The notes under the pieces are model-generated. The model had not been told where the DNA came from and did not search any database. It saw only the letters and a program-made list of their open reading frames with translations. A DNA stretch of 64,000 bases from Alphaproteobacteria bacterium (lineage in GTDB: Bacteria > Pseudomonadota > Alphaproteobacteria > Bin95): the NCBI GenBank assembly GCA_964291285.2, contig OZ219787.1, forward strand, positions 736,001 to 800,000, given 5' to 3'. Shown piece after piece: positions 29,298-38,507 of this stretch. The stretch's first letter is position 1. Each line of letters opens with the position of its first letter. Made by a program: the position numbers and the translations under genes.

Positions 29298-32200
29298 ATG
29301 GATAATCAACACATTGATGACGATCCCCATGCTACAGGCGATATCGAACAATTCGAGGGATTCGGACCGTCAGGAGGAAACCCGGGGGTCGATGAGCTGG
29401 ACCCCCACGACCGGGACGATATCGACCCCGCCGACCGCGCCATCAGCTCCGGCGACTGGATGAACCAGGCCCGCCTGTTCGGCCTCGGGCCCGCGCGCGG
29501 CGAGCCGGATACCCGCGCCATCTACGACCAGGACGACGCCCACACGGCCGTCGAAGAGGTCCTCAACATCATCGCGACCAGGATCGCGCCGGACGGATCG
29601 GCCCTCGCCGGCGACCGCGGCGAGCTCCTCTACGGCTTCGTCCACGTCCTCAACGCACAGGCGGAGCGGCTGCACAAGCGCGTCGACAGCATGACCCGCG
29701 AGCTTCGGGAGCTCATCCATGCCCAGGACGGCTCCGAGGTCCGCGACACCGAACTGTCGGACAAGACCGAAGAGGCCCGCAGCCTCCATGACCGCGCCCT
29801 TGCCTTCGACCGCCTCACCAACACCGCCTCCATCTCGTACGAGAACCTCACCGGCCTTACCTGGCGCGCACGCGAGGCCCACAAGTCGACCTTTTCTCTG
29901 ACCGAGCCCTCCCGCGCGCCAACGGTCTCGCTCGCCGACCACCTGAATGCCCGCACCTGGCTGGAACGCTCCCAGGGCACCCGGATCGCCGTCGTCTCCG
30001 GCCAGCGCCCCGGACGGGCCCTCGTCTGGGGAACCCTCTCGCGCCTTCTGAAGGAACATCCCGACCTCGTCGTCGTCACGGGCGGCAACAAGAACGGCGC
30101 CGACCGCGATGCCCAGGAATGGGCCACCCACTACGACGTCCCGCTCAACGTCGTGAAACCCGACTTCGACGCCCCCGACTTCAACGCCGAACTCAGGGCC
30201 CGCAACACCCGCATCGTCCACCATATGGGCGAGAAGGGCCTGAAGGAGGACGGCGCGGCGATAAACGGCCTCCTCGTCTTCCCCGGCGCCCGGACCGGCG
30301 TGCCGGGCGATCTCGTCGCCAAGGCCCGGGCCGCCCGCGTCCCCATCGCGGAGATCGAAAACGCCGCCCAGCTCCATGCCGGCCGCGGCCGCCTGATGCC
30401 GGGCTATACCCTCGACCACAACGAGTTCCGTCAGGAACCCGACGCCGGCGACGCGGACCCGGGCCGCGGCGAGCGCCGCACGACCCGCGCCGCCACTGCC
30501 GCCGGCGCTGCCGATCCCGAGCGCACTCGCACGTTCGCGGACCCCAGGGACACCCTGGCCTTCGCCGTGAACCTCCTGGCCGAGAGGGTCACCGCCGACG
30601 GCTACCAGCTGAACGATGAACGCGAAAAGCTGCTCTGGGGCGTGGGCAATGTCTTCTACAAGCAGTTGCAACGCCTCAATACCGAAGCGAAGGCCGCCGT
30701 CTCGGATACCGACCTCGCGCCCGAGACCAGGGACGCGCTCGCCCGCGACTACGATAACCGCCGCGATGCCCTCGGGGCGCTTTTCCAGGAAGCGCGCACG
30801 ATCTACGCCCGCGAAGCCCGGCAGCCCTGGAACGCGGACGGCTACGCCAGGCTCGACCACACCCACACGCTCGCCACCCTCGAAGCCGAGAGCTTCCTGA
30901 AGCAGGTCCAGCAGCACCGCCACGAAGCGATCTACCGCGACGGACAGTATGTCGTCGCCGCCGGCGGCGCCCTGGCGCCCGAACAGGAAGAGGCACACCG
31001 CCCCGTAGTCGACCGCTATCTCGACAAGGTGCTCGCCACATACCCCGACACGGTCCTGGTCCATGGCGGAAACGACAAGGGCTACGACAGGCTCTTCGCC
31101 GAATGGGCCGCACGCAACGACGTCCCCCAGATCGCCGCGCAGCCGGAATGGGGCCCGCACGCCCAGGGCAAGGCCCCCATCATGCGCAACGAGAAGATCT
31201 TCGACAAACTGGCCATCAAGGGCCTCGTCGCCTTCGGATCCAGGGGCGCGATCCTCGAGGACATGATCCAGCGCGCCGGAAAGGCGACCTGGCACATCGA
31301 TCCCGCCGCCGAAATCGCCAACCTCCCCAAGCCGGTCCTTCACCCCGATCCCGACGGCACCTGGGAGAAGATCAAGGCGGACCACACCACCATCTTCCGG
31401 GCCGCCGGGAACCAGCCGCACCTTCTCCCCTACCAGGAAGGCTTCGACGACTTTCGCGGGCTCCTCAAGACCGCGATCGACACCGGGAACCACCCGGAGC
31501 ACCACGGAGCCCGCCTCCGGAAACTCCAGGACGATCTCGATATCCAGGCCGAACGCCGCGATACCGTCCTGCGCCTCCAGGACCGCGTCGAGCACCTTTC
31601 GGAACGGCTGGATGACCTGAAGGGGTGGGTGGAAGCCGAGCCCGGGCGCCCGGTCGAGCTCGCCCCGGGCTTCACCGCCTGGCTCAGGGACCGCGACGCC
31701 ACCGTCGCCCAGTGGAACAACGCAACCCGGAACCCCGAGCTGCAGGACCATCTCCCCCGGATCGACCCGGACGCCATCCACGCGCAGGTCGATCGCTTCG
31801 CCAATCCCGACCTGCCGGCGCTCTTCCACCCCCGGCTGGAGACCGGCAACACGCATGTCGAGCGCGTCAACAACCTCTACGAGCATGCGCTCGCCTTCGT
31901 CGACCGCGACCCGAACCTGGTCGCCTACTCGCCGCATTTCGAGGAACTGCGCGATACCGTGAAGCAGGTCGCCGGCGAACTCGTCTCGCAGCCCGACCAG
32001 GCGCAGGACCTCAGCAGGATCGACGGCCGCCTTCAGGCCTCCAGCGACCGCCGGGCCGAAGCCGGCGCCGCGGCGCGCGACCTCTCCGAGGCCTGCACCC
32101 AGGTCCTCGGGTTCCAGCAGTGGGCCGCCGAGAACGAACGTCCCGTTCACGAGGCCCCCAACTTCAAGGAATGGCGCGACAGCGCGGACCGGATCCTCAC

Positions 32201-32399
32201 GCGCTGCGAGACCATGCGCAACGACCCCGAGCTTGCGCCCCACCTCGAACGCGCCGGCGCCTCGGCCGAAACTACCGAAATCGCCGTCGCCCTCCTCCGC
32301 GACGAGCGCTTCCAGCGCCCGGTCGTGCCCGAACTGCCCATGGCCCAGCACCGGGCCCGGCAGGAGAGCATGGAAGAAGGCCGGTCCATGAGCGTCTGA
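29298..32399 (+). CDS. 2x[helical + DUF2493/SLOG] protein with two C-terminal helical repeats
   Basis: VVVTGG..NGAD..A..WA...RARN and VLVHGG..KG.D....WA...P.MRN SLOG motifs; C-terminal repeats shared with the next two ORFs. Confidence 0.8.
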   Translation: MDNQHIDDDPHATGDIEQFEGFGPSGGNPGVDELDPHDRDDIDPADRAISSGDWMNQARLFGLGPARGEPDTRAIYDQDDAHTAVEEVLNIIATRIAPDGSALAGDRGELLYGFVHVLNAQAERLHKRVDSMTRELRELIHAQDGSEVRDTELSDKTEEARSLHDRALAFDRLTNTASISYENLTGLTWRAREAHKSTFSLTEPSRAPTVSLADHLNARTWLERSQGTRIAVVSGQRPGRALVWGTLSRLLKEHPDLVVVTGGNKNGADRDAQEWATHYDVPLNVVKPDFDAPDFNAELRARNTRIVHHMGEKGLKEDGAAINGLLVFPGARTGVPGDLVAKARAARVPIAEIENAAQLHAGRGRLMPGYTLDHNEFRQEPDAGDADPGRGERRTTRAATAAGAADPERTRTFADPRDTLAFAVNLLAERVTADGYQLNDEREKLLWGVGNVFYKQLQRLNTEAKAAVSDTDLAPETRDALARDYDNRRDALGALFQEARTIYAREARQPWNADGYARLDHTHTLATLEAESFLKQVQQHRHEAIYRDGQYVVAAGGALAPEQEEAHRPVVDRYLDKVLATYPDTVLVHGGNDKGYDRLFAEWAARNDVPQIAAQPEWGPHAQGKAPIMRNEKIFDKLAIKGLVAFGSRGAILEDMIQRAGKATWHIDPAAEIANLPKPVLHPDPDGTWEKIKADHTTIFRAAGNQPHLLPYQEGFDDFRGLLKTAIDTGNHPEHHGARLRKLQDDLDIQAERRDTVLRLQDRVEHLSERLDDLKGWVEAEPGRPVELAPGFTAWLRDRDATVAQWNNATRNPELQDHLPRIDPDAIHAQVDRFANPDLPALFHPRLETGNTHVERVNNLYEHALAFVDRDPNLVAYSPHFEELRDTVKQVAGELVSQPDQAQDLSRIDGRLQASSDRRAEAGAAARDLSEACTQVLGFQQWAAENERPVHEAPNFKEWRDSADRILTRCETMRNDPELAPHLERAGASAETTEIAVALLRDERFQRPVVPELPMAQHRARQESMEEGRSMSV

Positions 32400-32444
32400 C
32401 CGGCACCCATCGACACCCCCAAAAGCCGATCCGGAGTTCAACCC

Positions 32445-33818
32445 ATGTCCACAAATCCCGATGCCCGTCCGCCCGACCGCATGAAAAAAGCGCTCTCCTC
32501 CTGGCTGCAGCGCGTCGAGGAGAACCCCAAGGCGGATGCGATCACCGATGTCGTCTTCGATGATGACGAGGTCCCACTCGCAGCCAGGACGCTCGTCCTC
32601 GATACCTTCCGGAGGAATTGCGAGCAGCTCTTTGCGGCCGACGACATCCCCGGCGATCTCGATTTCGTACGCGTCCTCAAGCGTTCGTTCGAACAACACG
32701 ACAAGAGAATGGACGGCGCGCTCGAATCCCCCTGGCAGCCCGCCACGCCCAAGCGGACCTGGGACACCATCAAGGAGATCTACAGATCAATTTACGAAGC
32801 CGCCGGCTCCAGAATCGACGGCATAGCCTACCAAAAGGGATTCCCGTTCCTCTACGACCTTGTCGAGAAGGCGGAGTTTGCCGCCCACTACCCCGACCAT
32901 GCGGAAGACAAGCTCCAAGCGCTGCTCCTCACGCTCAAAACGCAGCAGAAGCTTACTTTTGCTGTCTACAACCTCACCGGCGCCCTCCATGGCGCCTGCG
33001 GGCGCCTCGATCATCTGCAGGAACTGGCCCGCAACCTTTACCATCAGCCCTTTCTGCAAACCGAGGATTATTTCGAATGGCTTCCCGAACGCGATGAAAT
33101 CTTCGCGAAACTGCACGAACTGCGCGCCGATCCCGTCCTGAAACACCACGTGCCCTTTCTCGACATCGAGCGCCGCCTCGATCGCATCGCCGCCCCCAGC
33201 CTGCCCACGGCGTTCCACCCGTTCCTGGAGGCCCATAGGAACCGCCTCGACTTCAGCCCCGAAATGGAGGAAGTCGCCGCCATCTACGGCCGCGCCCACG
33301 CGGACATGGGCGACGCCGATCTCGTTCCTTACTCTGCAGCGCACTTCGCCGACCTTGAGATCGCCATCGAAACCGCGATCAGCGCTGCCGCAGACAACCC
33401 GCGCCAGCTCGGTTCGCTCTATGCCCTGCAGGCCCAGCTCGCGATCTCCACCGGCCGCCGCGAAACCGCCCACGCCGGAATCGAAGACCTGACCGAGGTC
33501 TCGACACAACTCACCAGCCTGCAGGCCTGGGCCTCGTCGAACCGGCAGCCCATCCACCGGGCCCCGGGGTTCGCGGCCTGGCGAGACCGGGCCGACGAGG
33601 TCCACGACCGCTGCCAGCGTATGCGCACGGATTACCTTCTCTGTCCCCACTTCCAGCGAACCGGCGTGTCCGACGACTCTGTTGCGATGACCCTCGCCCT
33701 CCTTCGGGACAGCCGGTTCCAGAAGCCTCCCTCACCCGAGCAGATCGCCGCGCAGCGCCAGGCCCGCGCCCTGGCCCGCGCAGACTCCCGCGAGGAATCG
33801 GCCTCCATGAGCGCCTGA
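32445..33818 (+). CDS. Protein with a short unknown N-domain and two helical repeats
   Basis: TW..IK..Y..., PIHRAPGF..WRD.AD, LLRD.RFQ.P, ends SMSA. Confidence 0.75.
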   Translation: MSTNPDARPPDRMKKALSSWLQRVEENPKADAITDVVFDDDEVPLAARTLVLDTFRRNCEQLFAADDIPGDLDFVRVLKRSFEQHDKRMDGALESPWQPATPKRTWDTIKEIYRSIYEAAGSRIDGIAYQKGFPFLYDLVEKAEFAAHYPDHAEDKLQALLLTLKTQQKLTFAVYNLTGALHGACGRLDHLQELARNLYHQPFLQTEDYFEWLPERDEIFAKLHELRADPVLKHHVPFLDIERRLDRIAAPSLPTAFHPFLEAHRNRLDFSPEMEEVAAIYGRAHADMGDADLVPYSAAHFADLEIAIETAISAAADNPRQLGSLYALQAQLAISTGRRETAHAGIEDLTEVSTQLTSLQAWASSNRQPIHRAPGFAAWRDRADEVHDRCQRMRTDYLLCPHFQRTGVSDDSVAMTLALLRDSRFQKPPSPEQIAAQRQARALARADSREESASMSA

Positions 33819-33858
33819 CCGGACGCTCACCGCAGAAAACCCAGGAGAGCATCCAGCC

Positions 33859-36837
33859 ATGAACCCCGAACTGCATGCCTTCTTCCTCGACCCGTCCGCA
33901 TCCGGACATTTCCTGCATGCCGAGCTCTCCCAGGCCTATCGCCGCGCATATGAACAGGCCGGCGGCCAGCACGAACTCATGGCCTATGCCGACGACTTCG
34001 ACTTCCTGCTCGAGGAAACCCGCGAGTATCTCGACGACGAGGCGGAACACCACCTCTACCCGGAATATGTCACCAACCTTGCCAACCTTCAGACCGCTCT
34101 CCGGGCCATGGGACGACGCTCCGCCCAGGCCAGCGAACTGCTGATCGAAATCCGACAACGCCTTGAGGAGATCGAAGACCTCCGTATCCGCTACGGCGAA
34201 GGCCTGCTGGCCGGAGACGACGGCGCCTACGACAGCTGGCTGGAAGCCCGCCAACGCACCCTCGCGGAAGTCGAACGCCTCCGCGCCGATCCCGACATGG
34301 CCCCCCACCTCGACCGCGTGCTGACCAACCTTGCCGAACTCGCCAATGCCGCGACGCCGGCGACCCTCGCCGAAGCCGCCGCTGCCGCAGCATCCCCACC
34401 GGCGCCGGCCCCGGACGAAACCGCCTCCGTTGCACCCGCCGCCGATGCCGGCCTGCAATCCCAAGCCGAGGCCTCAACCGTCCACGCTCCGGAGAACGAC
34501 CGCCCCCTGGTGTGGGCCGGCATCGGCTCGCGCGGGAATACCCGGGAACCGATGCCCCCTTCCGTCCTCACCGACATGACCGAACTGGCACGCCGGATGG
34601 CGGCCGCCGGCTGGCACCTCTCTTCCGGAGGCGCGGACGGCTCCGACACGGCCTTCGCCAACGGCACCCCCGTCGACCAGCGCACGATCTGGGTCCCCTG
34701 GGCCGGTTACAACGACCTCTCCGGACCCGACTGCCACCCGATCCCGCGAGACCGCCTGCAGCAGTCCCTGGACCTTGCAGAACGCATCCACCCCGCCTGG
34801 GACAAGTGCTCCCAGGGCATGCGCAAGCTCCACGCGCGCAACGGCCTGATCCTGCTCGGCCGCGACCTCGACCGTCCTGTCGATGCCGTCGTCGCCTACA
34901 CCCAGGGCGGCAAGCTCCAGGGCGGCACCGCCCAGGGCCTCCGCATCGCCATGGAGCACAACATCCCGATCTTCAATCTCGGCTCCATGACGATGGAACA
35001 GGCCTGGGAAAAGCTCCAGGCCCTGCAACGCTCCCTCCGGCCTGACGCAGCGGTCCGGTCCGCAGCCGAAACCGCCCGGAAGGAGGCAACGGGGCAGGGC
35101 GCTTCACGCAGCTACGACGCCGACACCGCCTGCGTCTTCCGATTCAGCCGCGACGAATGGGGCGTCTTCAGTAACTTCTTCCCGTCCATCCAGGCGATCC
35201 ACGCCGCCGGACACATATTCAAGACCTCGGAGCATCTCTACCAGGCGGCGAAGTTCCGCGAGTCCCCCGACGTCCAGGCGCGGATCGCGGGCGCCCCATC
35301 GGCGAAAGACGCCGCCACCATGGGCCGCGACACCGCCAATCCGCTGGACGCCGACTGGAACGCTCGCCGCATGAACGCCATGCGCTGGGTCATCCGGATG
35401 AAGCGCGAGGCCAATCCCGAGCTGGTCAATGCCGCCCTCCAGAAGACCGGCGATCGGCCGATCGTCGAGTTCTCCCGCCACGATTCCTTCTGGGGCGCGC
35501 AATCCCAGGGCAACAACCTGGTCGGTCAGAACATCCTCGGACGGCTCTGGATGGAGCTCCGCCAGCACATACGCGACGGCGATCCCCGCGCGCTCGCTTC
35601 CGCCTGGGAGGATCCGCTCACCCCAAAAACGGTCGCCCGGGCGCCTGCAGCTCAAACCGCTGAAGCGGACCTGCCCGAAGCGCCCGGGCTCACCACCCGC
35701 CGCGAGTTTCTGCAGACCTCGGGCAACACCTGGGCCGCCGCCCACGAGGACCCGGCCGCGGCCGCCGCAACCTGGCAGAGCATCAAGACAGACTACGCCT
35801 CGCTGTACGCCGCGTCGGGAGACCGCATCCACCACCTTCCCTACCAGGAAGGCTTCGCAGGGTTTCGCGATCTCGTCGCCGGCGCCGTGCGGGACGGCGC
35901 GTGCCCGCCCGAGCACCGGGACCGCCTCCAGGCCCTGCACCAGACCCTCGAAACCCAGGCCGGCCGTCACGACACGGTCACCGACGCCGCGAGCCGTCTC
36001 GACGATGCGTTCTCACGCCTTCAGGACCTGAAGGAGAAGGCGAACTCGGAAGAGGGACATACCATCGAGACCATGCCGGGCTACACCGCCTGGCTCCGCG
36101 ACCGCGATGCGGCCGTGGCGCGCTGGCACGAGCTGGCCGCGGACCCGGCGCACCGGGAGCACATGCACATCGTGGCGCCCGACATGATGGCGCCGCGCAT
36201 CACCGAGCTCTCGAACGGCCCGCTCGCCAGCATCCACCAGCCACGCGCCGACACCCCGGTCCCTTCACCCGGACAAGACGTCTACACGCCCTCCCTGCAG
36301 CCGCTCTCCCGGGTCTATGACCGCGCCATGGCATTCGTGGACCGCGACCCGAACCTCCTGCCCTACGCTCCGCAGTTCGACGAGCTGAAGGCAGCCCTGT
36401 CGACGGCCCTCGACGAATGCAGCCACACGCCCGATCTCGTGACCAGGCTCACCGCCCTGCGCACGGCGCTGGACGAAAACCAGGAGCTCAAAAGCCGCGC
36501 AGAAGCCGTCACCGAAAGCGTCTCCAGGGCCGGCCACACGCTTTGCAGCATGAAGAGCTGGGCCACAGACGCCGGCAGACCCGTTCACGAAGCGCCCCGG
36601 TTCAAGACCTGGCGCGAGGAGGCCGACCGTGCACTGCAGGACTACGACGCGGCCGCGACGACCCCGGGCCTGGCCGTTCATCTCGCCCGCGCCGACAGCC
36701 TTGGCGTCCTCGCCGAAACCGCGGTCCCGATGCTCCGCGACGACTCCTTTCGCGAACCGGTCGCCGCCCAGGCCTCGCTGGCTGCCAGCCGGCAGCGTTC
36801 GGAACAGGCCGAAGAGCATTACTCGATGAGCATCTGA
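33859..36837 (+). CDS. Repeat - SLOG (DprA-like) - NADAR - repeat - repeat fusion protein
   Basis: WAGIGSR...SGGADGSD.AF...HARN...GGTAQ..RIA (SLOG); FSNF...SEHLYQAAKF...DSFWG...GQNILGRLWMELR (NADAR); ends SMSI. Confidence 0.85.
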   Translation: MNPELHAFFLDPSASGHFLHAELSQAYRRAYEQAGGQHELMAYADDFDFLLEETREYLDDEAEHHLYPEYVTNLANLQTALRAMGRRSAQASELLIEIRQRLEEIEDLRIRYGEGLLAGDDGAYDSWLEARQRTLAEVERLRADPDMAPHLDRVLTNLAELANAATPATLAEAAAAAASPPAPAPDETASVAPAADAGLQSQAEASTVHAPENDRPLVWAGIGSRGNTREPMPPSVLTDMTELARRMAAAGWHLSSGGADGSDTAFANGTPVDQRTIWVPWAGYNDLSGPDCHPIPRDRLQQSLDLAERIHPAWDKCSQGMRKLHARNGLILLGRDLDRPVDAVVAYTQGGKLQGGTAQGLRIAMEHNIPIFNLGSMTMEQAWEKLQALQRSLRPDAAVRSAAETARKEATGQGASRSYDADTACVFRFSRDEWGVFSNFFPSIQAIHAAGHIFKTSEHLYQAAKFRESPDVQARIAGAPSAKDAATMGRDTANPLDADWNARRMNAMRWVIRMKREANPELVNAALQKTGDRPIVEFSRHDSFWGAQSQGNNLVGQNILGRLWMELRQHIRDGDPRALASAWEDPLTPKTVARAPAAQTAEADLPEAPGLTTRREFLQTSGNTWAAAHEDPAAAAATWQSIKTDYASLYAASGDRIHHLPYQEGFAGFRDLVAGAVRDGACPPEHRDRLQALHQTLETQAGRHDTVTDAASRLDDAFSRLQDLKEKANSEEGHTIETMPGYTAWLRDRDAAVARWHELAADPAHREHMHIVAPDMMAPRITELSNGPLASIHQPRADTPVPSPGQDVYTPSLQPLSRVYDRAMAFVDRDPNLLPYAPQFDELKAALSTALDECSHTPDLVTRLTALRTALDENQELKSRAEAVTESVSRAGHTLCSMKSWATDAGRPVHEAPRFKTWREEADRALQDYDAAATTPGLAVHLARADSLGVLAETAVPMLRDDSFREPVAAQASLAASRQRSEQAEEHYSMSI

Positions 36838-36856
36838 CGCGCCGCGGAGGAGAACC

Positions 36857-38341
36857 CTGACCGAAAGCCGCCTCACCCCAAGACAGCTCTCCGACCTGCT
36901 CAAACCCCAGGCCGAGGCCGTCTGCCGGCATTACCTTCCGGCCGGCCGGAAAACCGGCGACTACTGGCAGGTCGGCGACGTCCACAACAACCCGGGCCAA
37001 TCCCTTTACGTCCATCTGACCGGAAGGAAGGCCGGGCGCTGGAAGGATACCGCCACGGGCGAAGACGGCGACCTCCTCGACCTCATCAAACATGCGCGCG
37101 GCCATCTCAAGCTCGGGCACGCCATGGCCGAAGCCAGGCAGATCCTCGGGATCACCGACGCGCCCCGCAACGCGGATCCCAAACCGAAACCCGCACCCGC
37201 CGCGCCCAGGCCGGCCGCGCAGCCTGTCGAGAACGATGACGGCGATGTTTCGTCCAACACCGCCAACGCGCGCCGCCTCTGGGAGCGCTGCAGGCCGCTC
37301 ACCGACACCGATGCGGCGATCTATCTCCATTCCCGGGGCATCTCGGACATCGCCCACGACTCCCTGCGCTACCATCCCGAAGTGATCTACCGCGACGACA
37401 GCTTCGTCACCCGGGCTCCCGCCATGGTCGCCGCCATCAAGGCCCCGGACGGCTCGATCAACGCCGTCCACCGCACCTGGCTCGACGCAAGCGGAACCGG
37501 GAAGGCCAATCTGCGCGAGCCCCGCAAGCTGCTCGGATACGCCAAGGGCCACGGCGTCCTGTTCCATCCCGAACGCGCCGATCGGAACGATATCGTCGTC
37601 GGTGAAGGCATCGAAACCGTGCTGTCCGTCACCTCCGCCATCCCGGGCTGCGCCGGCATCGCGACCCTCTCCTCTTCGGTGATGGCCGGCATCGCCATAC
37701 CCGCCTCCCTCGGCCGGGTGCTCATCGCCGTCGACCGCGACAAGTCCGGCTACCCGGCCGCCATGAAGCTCGAAGAGCGCCTTCGGGAAGAGGGCCGGCC
37801 GGTTCGCCTTATCCTTCCCCAGCGAAACGACTTCAACGATGACCTGATGGCGCTCGGCGCCAGCGGCCTGCGCGAACACGTACAGGCCCAGCTGGCCGCC
37901 CCGGCCCTGCAGTTGCCCGGAGAGATCCCGCCGCCCCCGGCGCCGTGCTCCGAGCAGCCCGCCGCCCCCGAGCCCGTGCTCGCCCTGGCGCGCAGCGCGC
38001 TCTCCTCGGACGCCTCCCAGTTCGGCCTGGTCGCGCTGGACGAGGTCGACCACAAGGGGCTGGCGAAAACCATCCACTTCGAGAAAACGCCCAACGAACA
38101 GCAGGTGCGCACCTGCGCCCGCGCCTGGGCCGACGTCGCCACAATCGCCGCGCGCCAGAAGGGCATACGCAAGGTCCTCGTGCTCGCGGATGCCTGGCTG
38201 ATTCCGCCCCTCGAGCGCGAGCTCCGCGCCCGGCAGCTCATCCCCGTCTATCCGCACCTCGTCACCCGAAAGATCGATACCCCCTCAGGGCCCCGGTGGG
38301 ACCGCAAGCTCATCGGCATCGTGCCCTCCCTCCGGGACTGA
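36857..38341 (+). CDS. DUF7146/Toprim primase-like protein with C-terminal extension (CTG start inferred)
   Basis: Frame open from CTG 36857 through AEAVCRHYLPAG...GDLLDLI; VHRTWL, GEGIET, DFNDDL. Confidence 0.8.
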   Translation: MTESRLTPRQLSDLLKPQAEAVCRHYLPAGRKTGDYWQVGDVHNNPGQSLYVHLTGRKAGRWKDTATGEDGDLLDLIKHARGHLKLGHAMAEARQILGITDAPRNADPKPKPAPAAPRPAAQPVENDDGDVSSNTANARRLWERCRPLTDTDAAIYLHSRGISDIAHDSLRYHPEVIYRDDSFVTRAPAMVAAIKAPDGSINAVHRTWLDASGTGKANLREPRKLLGYAKGHGVLFHPERADRNDIVVGEGIETVLSVTSAIPGCAGIATLSSSVMAGIAIPASLGRVLIAVDRDKSGYPAAMKLEERLREEGRPVRLILPQRNDFNDDLMALGASGLREHVQAQLAAPALQLPGEIPPPPAPCSEQPAAPEPVLALARSALSSDASQFGLVALDEVDHKGLAKTIHFEKTPNEQQVRTCARAWADVATIAARQKGIRKVLVLADAWLIPPLERELRARQLIPVYPHLVTRKIDTPSGPRWDRKLIGIVPSLRD

Positions 38342-38507
38342 AACCTCCCCGCCGGCGTCGCCCGACTTGCATGCCGAAAGGGAGAGGAAAGCGAAATGCG
38401 TGCGAACCCGCCTGGACCGGGCCTGGACCGGACGGAGCCTGATTCCCCGTCAACGAGCCCGGCGCCGGCGCCACGCACCACCGCGCCAATCCCGGAAAGG
38501 AACACGG

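Noticed and set aside
32445-32750. N-terminus of the middle protein as another copy of the pre-SLOG helical domain
   Set aside because: Only a terminal PW and general helicity match, which is too weak without profile alignment
29298-36837. Possible diversity-generating retroelement or recent DNA-level repeats
   Set aside because: Similarity is mainly at the protein level, with no reverse transcriptase and no adenine-specific TR/VR pattern
33859-36837. DarT1-NADAR toxin-antitoxin pair
   Set aside because: No ADP-ribosyltransferase-like ORF is recognisable next to the NADAR gene
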